From the human T2T-CHM13v2.0 reference genome, Homo sapiens, in NCBI RefSeq assembly GCF_009914755.1, contig NC_060928.1: a stretch of DNA of 64,000 nt; one strand, given 5' to 3'. Below, in pieces: positions 32,733 through 53,874 of this stretch; positions within the stretch are counted from its first letter, which is position 1, and each line of letters begins with the position of its first letter. The position numbers and the translations under genes were made by a program. Below the pieces are notes generated by a model. It had not been told where the DNA came from, searched no databases, and worked only from the letters and a program-made list of their open reading frames with translations.

Positions 32733-33169
32733 CTTTGAATAGCTTTTAATTGCCTGTAAAGAACTGTATATATATTTTGTTTATGCCACCATGTCAGGTA
32801 ATGTGTATGTGTAGTGTATGTAGGAATGTTTAGAATTAGGAAACATAAAGAGAAATCTGCAAAGGCGTGAAAAGAAGTGTCCAGTGAGGTGGGAGAACCA
32901 AAAAAGGAGGCTTTTCATTAGGCAACGTGAAGAATGTGTTACAAGAAGAGAGTGCATTCTGTCAGATATTGCTGATAGCTTATTGAATGGGATAATCAAG
33001 GTAAGGTTATTGTTCATGCTATTTAAATTATTGTTCTCTCCTTTCTTTTCCTCTAGTACATATAGTAGAATACAGACAAGTTAAATGCACATATCATGTG
33101 AACACATGATAAATACATATGTATACATGTGTACATACACACTGTAAACTTCCCTGAGGTATAAAACAT

Positions 33170-33730
33170 TATATTAGTTTTCTATTGCCTCATATGAAAT
33201 TACTACAAATTTAGCAGCTTGATAACAGCATCCACTTATTAGCTGACAGTTCTGCCTAGGCTAGGTCAAATAGGTTTCTGGTTAGGGTCTCACAAAGCCA
33301 AAATCAAGGTGTGGCCTAAGGCAGGCTCTTATCTGGACGTTCTGGAGAATAATCTGTTCCCATGCTCACTCAAGTTGCTGGCAGAATTCACTTCCTCGTG
33401 GTTGTGGGACTGAAGTTACCATTTTCTTGCTGGCTCTCAGCTCCCAGCAGCCACTCTTGGGTTCTTTCCACGTGGCCCCTCCATCTTCAAGTCAGTAACG
33501 GTACACTGAATCCCTCTTGTGCTTTGAATACCGGCTTTGTCGTCTGCAACCATCTAGAGAAAATTCTCTGCTTTTAAAGGTTTCATATGTGTATGTTAGG
33601 CCCATCCAAAATAATCTTCACACAACATAGCATAATGGTAGTGGTGATATCTCATTATATTCTCAGGTTCCACCCACAGTCAGAAGGATGAGGATTGTTG
33701 GGGATCATTTTAGAAGTCCATCTACCACAA
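33170..33730. mobile_element. MLT1D/E-type LTR
   Basis: tattagttttctattgcc...aaatcaaggtgtggc...gttgctggcagaattcacttcctcgtggttgtgggactgaag. Confidence 0.75.
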
Positions 33731-34810
33731 ACATTGTCTCACCTACCTTCAAAATTTGTCAGTTGAGAAAGTTCTTCAACCTAAGAAATTTCCTAAACAG
33801 AGTGCTTTTCTGAATTAATAATGTCTTAAAAATCAGTGAAATACAATTATACAAAGTCTGCATTTAAAAGCCAGCTGAGATTTGTTGAACTCCTGTTATG
33901 GATTAGGTACTGTCTGAGGCACAGGGGATACAGAAGTGAATAAAGCAGACATAGCTCCTAATGGCTCCTCCTTACTACTCTATCTTTGACTCCTTGTTTG
34001 CTTTGTCCCCCATTTCAATCAGACTGCAACCTCAAATGCCTTCAAGGACCAAGATAATATAACTGAGCAAGACAATGAGGAAATGGGAAGATCAGGTGAA
34101 CGGGAGAGCTGACGCCCATTTGAGAAGGGCAGCAGCAAGTCAGTTGCTGCAGGAATGTGGAACCAGGTTTTTCTTTTCAATTTTCTTTCTTTCTTTTTTT
34201 TTTTCTTTTTAGAGACAGGGTCTTGCTTTGTTGCTCAGGTTGGAGGGCAGTGGCATGATCATAGCTCACTGCAGCCTTGAGCTCCTGGGCTTAAGTGATC
34301 CTCCCACCTCTGCCTCCCAAGGTATTGGGATTACAGGTGTGAACCACCACACCTGGCCTGGGACCAGTCTTGACAAGAATTCTGGTGATGACAGCAGAAC
34401 TCAACAGAGTACCCAAAGCAACAGGTCACAAAAAGGTTCTTGGGGCCAATGCAAATAAGTCTATTAGCAGATATCCTGCCCCAAAAAGTGCCATGATAGA
34501 AAAAAGGAGAAAAGCGCTGTACTGGGAAATAATAGGGGTACGCAGGTATCAGACAGTAGCCAGAGGAGCTGAAACACAGAGATGCCTGAACTGGACACCA
34601 CACAGAGCACTGAGCAATAAAGCAAGGTATTGCCCGTTATGTATTCAGAGAAAATGACAGGTTTTGGGTTCATGGTTCGGAATGCTGAGGTTGGCCTTGC
34701 TGGGGGTTCTCTACTTTATGGCCTTATCTTTCCTGCTTCCCTGAATGGAAGAGCTGCCAAACAGGACCACTAGCCATTCTCTGTGCTGACCTACAAAAAC
34801 TCCAACAACA

Positions 34811-35160
<350 letters not shown>

Positions 35161-35477
35161 TCAGCCCTCAGCCTGGAGCACCATCCTCCACATCTTCCTG
35201 GCTCAATTAGAGACTCTGCCTTCCTTAGGAAGCATCTCCTGAACCCCCTCTTCTCCCCAACCTAAATCCTGTTTCTCCTCTCTTTAGCCCCTATGCCACT
35301 TTCTACCTCCCCTTGTGAACATTTCACACTTGTCTGGTACAATTGTCCGTAGATGCATGTCATTCACCGAAATATTACCAAGTGCTCCATACCTCCAGAA
35401 AAGAAAAATTACTAATCTTACTCTATGCCTTACATCTTAGTATTACATCTTACCATCTTTCATATTAATATTGTATG

Positions 35478-35645
35478 CCCTTGCTACGAAGTGTGATCCA
35501 TGGACCAGCAGCGTCAGCATTACCTGACAGCTTATTTAAATACAGAATATCAGCTCCACCCCAGACCCATTGCATCAGACTCTACATTTTAATAAGATCC
35601 CCAGGTGATTCACATGCACAGTAAACTTTGAGAAGCACTGCTCTA
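35478..35645. mobile_element. MER5A/MER5A1
   Basis: aagtgtgatccatggaccagcagcgtcagcattacctg...aataagatccccaggtgattcacatgcac...tttgagaagcactg. Confidence 0.85.
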
Positions 35646-35729
35646 TGCACTCACCAGTGCAAACCTATTGCAATGTAATGATTAAAATGTCTAACTTGAA
35701 CACTTTGGTATAATTTTCTGGTATTATCA

Positions 35730-36222
<493 letters not shown>

Positions 36223-37189
36223 ACACCTCTTTTGGTTTGCTTTCATCTAAGTTATACTTTAAAATATATCAGATTAAATAGGTATTGATAATGTTCTTGA
36301 ATTGTTCTTAATGGAAACTCAATGCTAATGCATTTTCTGTTATATTAAAATCAATACCAAATGTATTATTTAAAAAGCTAGGTGGAAATAATATTCTTCT
36401 TCCCCCAGTAGAGTACAAATAGCACCCTGCTCCTTCACTTTAAATCATATGATGTTTTCAACGGTGTAATAGAGATCAAAGGTAAATTTTCTATTTATTT
36501 ATATTTCTCAAAATAAAGAGGCCATAGGATGATGAAAGTAAATGTCCTCATTTGCAAGCAATCCAACAATCTGGGGAAAAGAGTGTGAGTGAGTCTTCTT
36601 TAAGGACTTGTTCAATTTCAACATAATTTTCTGAACCTTCTGTTTGAATTGGTGTTTATTCACAAAACTTGTTATGTATGGAATCTTGATTACTGTGCTT
36701 CCCTCTAATTTTGCTTCTGAAAGACAAACATTTTTGCTTACCTTTGCTTATGTAGTGTCTCCATAGTAATTGTCAGAACTCTTCCTCAGCAACAAACCCA
36801 CCACATTGACCTTAGCAAGACCAAAAATGTCTTACACAGAGCTTGTCTTATTCTGTGCATTCCAAAGGGAATGTTCAGCTTCAGCAATTCTTAGAGCTAA
36901 ATATCATGAGCAAAGTAGTGGGACTGACATATTTTACGAGCGTTAGTACTTGGAGGCCCTTTCATAGCCTGGCCATGACCAGCATCCACTGCCCACTGGT
37001 CCCCTCCCCACCCTCTGCTTGTCACTGTCCTCAACACAGCCTTCTCTTTAATGTCTCCACCTGGGCTAAGATAGCAGGAATGAAGAGAAAAGATGGACTT
37101 TGGACAAACTCAGGTTCACTTCCTCATCCTGTGATTTTAACTGCTCTGAACTGTTTATTGATCAGTAAAGTAAGAGATAGCAATAACTA

Positions 37190-38478
<1,289 letters not shown>

Positions 38479-39071
38479 AGCCTATAAATTATTTTTAAAT
38501 AAAAAATTAGAATAATATGAACATAATAGCTTTAAAGTAGAAGACAGGCTCTATAATAATTACATCCAGCAAATATTTATTTACTGTCTATTCTGTGCTA
38601 GGCTTGGTGCTAGGTAGTGGAGTCATGTAAATGGAAGACCTTGTCTCTTCAGGGGATTTCAGTCCCATGCGAAACAGAGAGATAAAGAGATAATTTCCAA
38701 TACACTGTGACAGGCTCAGGTATGCACAGAGGAAGCACATCTAATCCAGGCTGAGAAGGAGCTGTGGCTAGGGCAGGGAATTCTTGCTGGAGGAGGTTCT
38801 GCCTGAACTGAGTCTTAAAAACAAGCGGGCATTAACCAGGCAAAAAAGAGAGGAGGGTCTAAGAAGAGATTTCCAGGCATGATCAAAATAGAGAGTTATG
38901 AACACAGTATTCAGTGACTTACAAATAGTGAAATATTGCTGTGGCCAAGAGAAAAGGATTGTAAGGGCAACAGGTGAAGCTGGTGAGATAAGCAGAGGTA
39001 AAATTATAAATAGTCTGTGTGTGTACCACACCAAGAGACCCATTGATGGGGCATAAAGATCCATGGAAAGG

Positions 39072-39834
<763 letters not shown>

Positions 39835-40939
39835 TTAGGTCATTTGTTTCCTTGGAAAAGGTCTGGGAGCTGGCAGTCAAGGAAAATTTGGATTGGAGAT
39901 TTTAGCAGCCAAATGGAGATGGAGTTGGGCATGAAATAGAGGCAGAGAACACGGATGCTTTATCTGGCTGCTCATGGCCCATCGAGGCTGCTTTTCTACA
40001 ACACAGACTCTTTCCATTTCAATCCACTACTCATCAGCTCAACCCTGAGGATGCCATCTCCATAGTTCCAAAAGAGGACATAATTGAAATGTGTAAGGAA
40101 TATCGCCATAAATTGTTCTTTTCTTCTCAAATCTTTTATTGATCACTGTATGTGGTTAATATAGAAACTGAAGAGCAAGCACAAAGCCAGATGCATATGA
40201 AAAAAACATGAAGGTACTATTAAACGAGATCTTGTAGAAGATAAGCTGAGTAGAATTTCTGGGCCATAAACTGGCTTCAGCTTCCATGAAAGTGTATAGG
40301 AGCCACTTCTGGGGAAATCAGTGGGCAAGGTTATGGGTGAGATCTGGGAAACAGAACTTAACTAAGGTTGGAGCAACTGGAAGGTGGCCTGGGTGCAGGA
40401 CATCTGGCAAGACTATGGTCAGGGAGAGGGTTGCTCTGTATTTTCTGCTTCTAAGTTCACCAAAGCCCATCTCCAGTTCTGGAGTAGATCAAAGAAGAAA
40501 ACTTCTGTGGGATTTAATGAGTGTCCTCAGCTTATCCAGGCAGTAGGTCATAGTGGGCAACAGATGGGTAGGAGAAGAGAAACGCCATCAAAACATGAAT
40601 AAGGCAAATCAAATACAAACAGCAACCTGGAATAGGCTCATACAGGCATTTGATTTGCAGGTTTTAAAAAGTACTAAAATGGTAGTTGACATCTTAGTGA
40701 TAGCCTCTGCCGATGCATCTTCTTTCTGGCATTGCATTGTTCTAATTTGGAGTTGTTGCCCTCTACATCTGATATACAGCTAGTAGACCATCATCCTCAG
40801 GACTCCCTTCTATTTCCTTAGCGGGATCTTCTGTTTTCCTATAATCCATACCTTCTTCCTTCTTGATTTTCTCCATCTTTTTAATTTAGCACATCTTAGC
40901 TTAGCTTCTTAAGAAAGGAAAAGATTCTTGAGAATTTAT

Positions 40940-41420
40940 GTATATTTCACCTTTATTCCTTTTTAAAAAACTTTTTTTGGAGACAGACTCTTGCTCTATT
41001 GCCCAGGTTGGAGCACAGTTGTGCAATCATAGCTCACTGCAGCCTTGAATTCCTGGACTCAAGTGACCCTCCCACCTCAGTCTCCTAAGTGGCTAGGACA
41101 GCTGGTGCATGCCACCATGCCTGGATTCTACCTTTATTCTTGATGAACAATTTGGCTGGGTATAGAATTCTACCCAGAAAATAATTTTCCTTTAGAAATT
41201 TGGAGGCATTGCCCCACCGTCTCTAGCTTCAGGGTTGTTGTTGAGAAGTCCGATGCCATCTGGATTTCTACTTCTTTGGATGTGCTTTTTCTCTTTGGAA
41301 GTTTTGGGTATTTTGTCTTTGTGCCTGGCATTCTAAAGCTTCATGATAATATGCTTTGTATGGGTCTGCTTCCCTTCACTGAGCTGAGTACTTAGTGGGC
41401 CCTTTCAATCTGGCAATTTA
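40940..41420 (-). mobile_element. Old L1 fragment with an Alu right-arm insert (~40972-41124)
   Basis: cctttattc flanks; ttggctgggtatagaattcta...gttgagaagtccgatgcc L1 motifs. Confidence 0.65.
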
Positions 41421-44064
41421 GGTCTTTCTGTTACCTTTCATGTTAGAGGATTTCTTAAGATGTTTGGTAATCCTGGTTGTCTGCTCGTATTCAAGGGTGA
41501 GAAAGCAAAAAGCTGCATAGTAGAAGCCCTGTGCTTTGGGGAAGACCTGTTGCCCAGGAACTTTACTGTAAGATGAAATGGGTAGGCTCTTTGTTGGGGA
41601 ATTCTAACCACACCCTATCCTCCTCCATATTACCTCTTATCACTATCTTTGGGGATTTTTTTTTTCCTTTTGGGCTGGTAATATTCCTTTAAGAAGGCTT
41701 TTCCAATCTTCCACTTGGAAGGTGAGAGGATCTGAGCATTTAGCATGACTGCATTAATTAATCAATCCCAGTTTTCTCTCTAGAGTCCCTATCCCCTTCA
41801 GCTATGGCTAAGAAGTGGACAAACCTCTGCATCTGTTAGGACGGAGGAGGGGCAGTTACCCAGTAGAAAGGAGTAGAGAGCATGCATATAAGAAGTACTA
41901 CTACTTTTTAAGTAGTTCCCAGCCTCCAACCAGTTCCCTTATTTTATTCCTTCTTCATCTTCACTCTATATCCTGAGGATTTTGCAATGCCAGTAACTTA
42001 GCATTTGGTTTTCTCGTCTGCTAAGTCCTTTATCACTATTCTCTGGCCTCCAAAATTCTGTTGCTATTGCTTCATCTCATTCTCTCCTCGTTCTTGAGGG
42101 TTTTAGTGGGGTTCTGGAGGGAATCAAATTACATGCATTTGTTTAATCCATCATCTCTACCTGGAATCAACTGTCAAACATTCCAAAAAAACTGAGATTT
42201 ATTTATCTACTAAATACTGAGTGTCTGTGATGTTTCTGGCACCTTGATAAATGCAGGAGATGAACTATGATTTATCTTCATAGTGATAACTGATGCTCTA
42301 ACATAGTGTTTTGAAAAGAAAAATGTGCCTTTCCTCGCTACCATCCTGAAATTCTATTTTGTGAAGATTGGTAAATGCTGGGGTTATTTTGGGCTAGGGC
42401 AGCTTCATAACTGATACTGATTTTAAACAACATCTAGAAGATTTGGATCATTTCTGACATCACCCACCCACCCGTCCACCCCGGATGTATTTCTGAGTGA
42501 ACTGGCCTAATACCTAATTCTAAGAGTGTATGCCAACTTATCTTAAAGGCCATTCATTCTGAACACTGCATAAAGCAAGATCAAACACCTCAAGCTCTGA
42601 CCGAAGGGTGAGTATGCAGCTGTCTTAACAAAATTTTTATATACCCTTGATTGTGTCTCTGGTCCTGGTGGCAATTTATTCTAGATCTTGTCTTCAAAGT
42701 TTGGCAATCACAATGATATGATAACAGGAGGGAGGTTTAACATTTATTGAGTGCCTACTATGTATCAAGCAGTGGCCTTGATACTTCACAATTAGTAACT
42801 CATTTAACGTTATTCCTTAATAAATTCATAAGCACAGCAAAATTCTCCTGGAGCAAAGCAAATAGTTCAAGCATATGTCACTTTCTTTTCATTGTTCTCT
42901 TCACTCAGAATTCAAACTCCAGTTCTACATTTTTGTATTCTATTGTATAAAATCTCTTGATGCCAAACAGACATATTTGTACAAATCACATGCATATGAG
43001 GGTGTGCTCTCAGAAATGTTGATAACCCTACTCTACCCTGTTTTTATATTCCAACAGATAAACCGTATACACCTAGCAGCATGGCCCAGTTGCTCTGGTG
43101 GTAGGTTTGGTGCACCCATGGAACAGAAAGAGGCCAGGCAGGCTCCCATCAGGACCAAACCCCATGAGCTACAGTGGCTGCCATCTTTTGCCTGAAACAC
43201 CAGTGTCCACTGGTGATAAGGTTTTACTTTGAGAAAACTTTCTTTTGGCCTCCAAACTTTGTCCTGACATTGAGAGGATACACAGTTTTGTTTTGTTTTT
43301 TAATGGATTGTGTCATCTTAAATTTCTGGCCCTGACTATTGATCAGAGTCTATGATGAACTGGCAAAGAGAAAATTATCTCTGCTTGTTACTGGTATCTT
43401 ACACTGGCAAAGAACTGAACGATTTCTGGAGTTCTTCATCTTTTACATGAGTCAGGAAAATCACACATTTGGAGCAACTATCAGTAATAATGACATTAAT
43501 AATTACATTTTATTTTTGTGAAGGTTACAAAGCAATATTATGCAAACTAGTTCCCATCAATATCCTTGAACTTGGTATTCTTTGATTTATAACTGTGTGA
43601 GTCAAAGATTATACTGTAAAATCATTAAAGACTAACACAATAAACATCAGCTAATGATTTTCCAATCTCAGTTTAAAGGTATGGTTTATGTTGAAAATTC
43701 CCCACCCCCGTAATAGAACCCCCTCAAAAATCATGAGAACAAGGAATTGTAGCAAATAAGCTGTTTGAGCCTTAGAAGCAGTACCTTAAGACAGAAACAT
43801 AAAATCTCGGTGAGGGAAGAAACACTGAAGGTCAAACGTCTACCTAAATCCTGCTCTACATTCAAATATTCTTCCGCAGGGGAAGGCTCTAAACGCTCCT
43901 AAAAGCATTTTGCATTTCCTAGATAGTGGATTCTCCCTCTAAGCCAGTGGGTTCACAGGAGTAGGAAGGAGAACTGGGGGCAGTGGACAATAAGGAATTA
44001 GAAAAGGAGAAGAGGAAGGGAGAGAAACGGGAACTGCCTTAGGGAGAGAAGAGTGGAAAGTTTA

Positions 44065-47849
<3,785 letters not shown>

Positions 47850-48188
47850 TATGTTTTTCAGGGGACACTGACCCCCCTCACCATGGACCAAGCAGAGCTG
47901 GTGATGTGGAGATACACAGAGAGAGAAAATAGACTCAGCATTCAGGGAGTTTACAGCTTAGTGCAGAGGGAAGAACCTCTTGCATGAAGCAGTTAAATTT
48001 AGAATCTGCCACTGAGTCACTGGTAAACTCTGAGAACTGGACTAGTAAAATAAAGGCAAATCAGATTATACTGGATACAGATACTCTCAGATACAGGTAC
48101 TTTAAAGGGACCGAACAACTCTCAGGCCAAGCACATGATTTGTTCAGAGCAGAATTGGGAGATGTTAACTTATCTACATAAAGAGTTT

Positions 48189-48480
48189 GGGCCGGGTGCG
48201 TGGCTCACGCTTGTAATACCAGCATTTTGGGAGGCCAAGGCAGACAGATCCCTTGAGGCCAGGAGTTCGAGACCAGCCTGGCCAACATGGCAAAACCTCG
48301 TCTCTATTAAAAATAGAAAAATTAGCCACCTGTGGTGGTGCGCACCTGTAGTCCCAGCTACTCGGTAGGCCGAGGCAGGAGAATTGCTTGAACCCAGGAG
48401 GCAGAGGTTGCAGTGAGCCAAGATCTCACCACTACTCCAGCGTGGTGACAGAGCAACAGTCCGTCTCACACACAAAAAAA
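48189..48480 (+). mobile_element. AluS
   Basis: Dimer; agtttgg flanks. Confidence 0.88.
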
Positions 48481-48835
48481 GTTTGGTCACCAGTTGGAGG
48501 GGACCAACTGGTTGCAAGTTAGGACCAAAAAAGCAAGTCTGAGGGTCTCTTGGATGCCTAATCCCATTCTGAGGAGAGACCCAAACACTGGCTTCAGAGA
48601 AGTTCCCAGTTGTGGAGACGGCCTCACAGGGGCCTGCAGGTGCCACCACCAGGACTGCCTGCCATCCTCTGCTGTAAGCCCACTCTTAGCAACACCTTCT
48701 GCATGATCTGGTGTTGCAGGTACATCTCCGTGAAGTTTTCCTGGGTAGTATTTCCACCTCCTGGTTAGCATTAACCACTCCCTTCTCTGTCTCCACATTT
48801 ATTGTGTACATACCTCTCTTGTGGACCAACCATAC

Positions 48836-49686
48836 TGTGTCCGGAATTGGTTCCTCCCGGTGGGTTCTTGGTCTGGCTGACTTCAAGAATGAAGCCGCGG
48901 ACCCTCGCGGTAAGTGTTACAGTTCTTACAGATGGTATGTCTGGAGTTTGTTCCTTCAGATGTTCAGATGTGTCTGGAGTTTTTTCCTTCCGGTGGGTTT
49001 GTGGTCTTGCTTGACTTCAGGAGTGAAGCCGCAGACCTTCGCAGTGAGTGTTACAGCTCTTAAAGGTGGTGCGTCCAGAGTTGTTTGTTCCTCCCGGTGG
49101 GTTCGTGGTCTTTCTGACTTCAGGAGCGAAGCTGCAGACCTTTGCAGTGAGTGTTAGGGCTCTTAAAGGTGGCGCGTCAGGAGTTGTTTGTTCCTCCCGG
49201 TGGGTTCATGGTCTCGCTGGCTTCAGGAGTGAAGCTGCAGACCTTCACAGTGTTACAGCTCATAAAGGTAGTGCAGACCCAGAGAGTGAGCAGCAGCAAG
49301 ATTTACTGTGAAGAGAGAAAGAACAAAGCTACCACAGCATGAAAGGGGACCGTAAGTTGCTACTGCTGGAGCTGGTGGCCAGCTTTTATTCCCTTATTTG
49401 GCCCCGCCCACATCCTGCCGATCGGTCCATTTTACAGAGCACTGATTGGTCCATTTTACAGAGTGCTGATTAGTCCGTTTTTACAGAGTGCTGATTGGTG
49501 CAATTACAAACCTTTAGCTAGACACAGAGCGCTGATTGGTGCGTTTTTACAGAGTGCTGATTGGTGCAATTACAAACCTTTAGCTAGACACAGAGCACTG
49601 ATTGGTGTGTTTACAATCCTTTAGCTAGACAGAAAAGTTCTCCAAGTCCCCACCCGACCCAGAAGCCCAGCTGGCTTCACCTCTCA
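48836..49686 (-). mobile_element. LTR12-family (ERV9) solo LTR, 851 bp, 4-bp TSD ATAC
   Basis: Minus strand starts TGAGAGGTGAAGCCAGCTGG and ends ACCAATTCCGGACACA; CCAAT repeats, GC box, AATAAAAGC; tandem U5 repeats; ATAC at 48832-48835 and 49687-49690. Confidence 0.93.
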
Positions 49687-50479
49687 ATACCACACAGTAT
49701 TTGTAATGCTTGGTTTACACATCTGTCTCGCCTACCATATTGGAAGACAAGGAGCAAATCCTAGACATTTTTGTGTTCTTGGTGCCCCTGCCCAGTGCTT
49801 GGCACTCAGCAGATGCTCAGTCAATATTTGAATGACTGGATGAGTGAGTGAGTGAATGAGTGAATAAATGAATGAATGATAAATGATCAAATAAATAAAA
49901 GGGTACGTGGAAAATTAATGTGAGCAAAGAGTTCAAGTCAACACTGTACCCAGGGAACAATGCTAAGAATGACCTGCACAAAGCCTGTGTGAAAAGAATC
50001 AAAAGAAAGTAGATTAATAGAGTTAGGCCAGGTAATTAAAGGCCTTGAGTGCCAATAAACGTTCCTTTGTTTATTCATTCATTCCCCTAAAACATGCTGT
50101 TAACTTTTTTAGGTTTTGTCTCTATCCTTAGAGAGTACGGAACTGAGGGGAGAGGATGCCCTCACTACAGCTACATTCAAAGGCAGATGGTGGCAAGGGG
50201 CAGAGAGGCACAACTAAGGGGCCGTGGAGGTTCAAGGATCAATAAGTCACTTTTGGTTGTGCTGACAGAGAAGCATTTGAGTTGGACTTCAAGGGTAAGA
50301 GGACCAGCAAAAGGCACGGCATCAGCAGGGTAGCAGAGGTGGGATTGTGCAAGGAATATAGGGAGGCTGAGAATGGCGCCCCATGGCTAAAGCAAATCAG
50401 GAATCAGAGGGGCAAGATAGAAGATAAAGAAGATAAAAATGTAAGAGAGGTGGTTCATGCCTGTAATCCCAATACTTTT

Positions 50480-50880
50480 TTTTTACTTTAAGTTCTGGGA
50501 TACATGTGCTGAATGTGCAGGTTTGTTACATAGGTATACATGTGCCATGGTGCTTTGCTGCACCTATCAACCTGTCATCTAGGTTTTAAGCCCCACTTGC
50601 ATTAAGTATTTGTCCTAATGCTCTCCCTCCCCTTGCCCCCATCCCCTGACAGGCCCTGGTGTGTGACGTTCCCCTCCCTGTGTCCATGTGTTCTTACTGT
50701 TCAGCTCCCACTTATGAGTGAGAACATGGTGTTTGGTTTTCTGTGCCAGTGTTAGTTTGCTGAGGATGATGGTTTTCAGCTTCATCCACGTCCCTGCGAA
50801 GGATATAAACTAATGTTTTTTCATGGCGGCATAGTATTCCATGGCGTGTATGTGCCACATTTTCTTTATCCAGTCTATCC
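50480..50880 (-). mobile_element. 5'-truncated L1PA (PA7/8-like) 3' end inserted into an AluJ (Alu ~50447-50479 + 50881-51166, +)
   Basis: actttaagttctgggatacatgtgc...gtttgttacataggtatacatgtgccatggtg; TSD AATCCCAATACTTTT at 50465-50479 and 50881-50895. Confidence 0.92.
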
Positions 50881-52754
50881 AATCCCAATACTTTTGAGGC
50901 CAAGGCAACAGGATTGCTTGAGCCCAGAAGTAGGAGACCAGCCTGGGCAACAGTGAGATTCTGTCTCTACAAAAATTTTTCAAAAATTAGCCAGTTATGG
51001 TGGTGCATGCCTGTAGTCCCAGCTACTGGTAAGGCTGAGGTGGGAGGATCACTTGAACCCAGGAGTTGGAGGCTGCAGTAAGCCGTGATCATGCCACTGC
51101 TTTCCAGCAGTGACAGAGCTGAGGCAGAGCAAGACCCTGTCTCAAAACAAACAAACAAACAAAAAAGATGTAACAAGAGGTTAGGTGAGCCTTGCAGGGT
51201 GTTTGTCAGGCTAGGCTGAGTGCACTAATTTCAGGAGGAGCTGGGGAGCGTGTGGTGACTTGCTGCAGGTTTGGGTAGGGCTAATTACTATAGGCACTGA
51301 GAGCTGTCAGCCCAGCACTGGATACAAAGGCGAGGTAAATCTTTTTGACAGGCTTACCTAAGGTTTTGAATTTTTTTTACTGTATAATTAAGTGTCAAAT
51401 GCTGAGGTAGTTTCTGAGGTTTTTGTATAAAAACTCGTTCTTCTCAGGTTGCCCTTTCATGGCACCAGATACTGTCATTATCATTGTGTAGTGTTTGAAG
51501 ACAGATCTCAGCTGAGACAGATAACCATAGACCTAGAACATGGTAGGTTCTCCCCTGCCTAGTTAGGACACCCTTGATCATGGGGTCAGTGAAGCCTCTA
51601 GAAAATGTACTATGAAAACTTTCAGTTTATCAGTACTTGGCACATATTAAACCTCAGTGACTGTTAGCCCAGGTATGGCTGTACTTACATATGGGAAAAA
51701 CATTTCATGTTCTGTAGTCTTAGAACAGAATACAAGTGTATTTTTCAGGATTCCATTGGTTCTAAGTGACAGCCAAAACCACTTATGCCTTGCATTAGAT
51801 TTATTGGAGAGATACTGAAGTAGCTCACAGAACTGAAAGAAAAGCCAGAAGTAGGCAGCTCTGGGTGCTTGGAGATGATAGCTGGGCCAAGGCTGCCCAG
51901 ATTGTCTATTTACCATTCCCTCTGCCAGTGGGGAGCAGGACTTCTGGCAGCCCCAGATTCACGTCCTTCCTGCATCGTGACCTAAGAGGCAAGAATGAGC
52001 CTCCTCTCTATAGCTCCAGTAGACAATTCTGGATAAAGGCTTGGAACTCCTTGGTTTGATCTGTGTGCCTCCTGCCCTCACACTGAAGTGTGGTGGGTGG
52101 GGTGATGGGGACAGAGCACCATGATCAACTCAGCATGGGTTATACGCCCTCCCCTGTGGTCAGGGAGTCTGGGACTCTGCCAGAGGAGTGGGGAAGAGAG
52201 CAGGTACACAAAGACAACAACTACTATGCAAAGGCAAAAAGTCCCGTGTAGGTGCTCATTTGACTTTGGCTGGAACTCTGAGGGTTTCCTGATTCAAATT
52301 CCAAAGACTTAAATTTTTGACTGGGTTCCACTCAACAGAGTATGAATCAATGATGTCCCCATACTTCAGTGTACCTTAATTATGTCTTAATTACTTCAGA
52401 GTCACTGACACTGGCTTAAGTCCTTCAAATTGTTTAATTTAAAAGGTATTTCTTTTTACCTTCAATCTCTGTTTATCTTGAAAGACATCTTTTAATTTTC
52501 TCACTTAGACATGGAATTTTCTATGTCTAAAAGCCAAATGTATGCATTAAAAGACACTCATAGTAGCTTTTGTGAGTTGTGTCCCCTAAGGACCAGGCAG
52601 TGACTTGGTCATGACTCACCAGCTGCTGATCTGTAATAACCCTTCCAGTGTCTGAACCTGCAGTGGGAGCACTGGTGCTGGCCCTGCTGGGTCAGAGCTG
52701 AAGAGGGAAGGGAAGAGAGGGTCTCCAGCAAAACAGCCAAAGGAAAGGCTTATT

Positions 52755-53660
<906 letters not shown>

Positions 53661-53874
53661 AAAGACAGGTTGCATCAAATCTAAGGGTCCATTCAATTTT
53701 TAATACTCTAATTACATTATACTTGATATTTCTTGAAATAAAATGACTTTCAGTTGGAAATGCTTTTGTTCTAGTGAATTTTTATACAGTTGTACTTTAT
53801 AGTGGATTATGCCTATGTATATATAGTCAGTCAAGACCTGAATTCAAATAATTTACCCCAAATGACTCTATACC

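Noticed and set aside
33092-33142. 9-bp palindrome tatcatgtg/cacatgata and RY tract; similar 9-bp inverted repeat at 48489-48512
   Set aside because: Short enough to occur by chance in 64 kb.
48711-49342. ORFs with repeated LFVPPGGFVV..SGVKLQTFAVSV
   Set aside because: Antisense translation of the LTR12 U5 tandem repeats; not a gene and not a CRISPR-like array, since there are no unique spacers.
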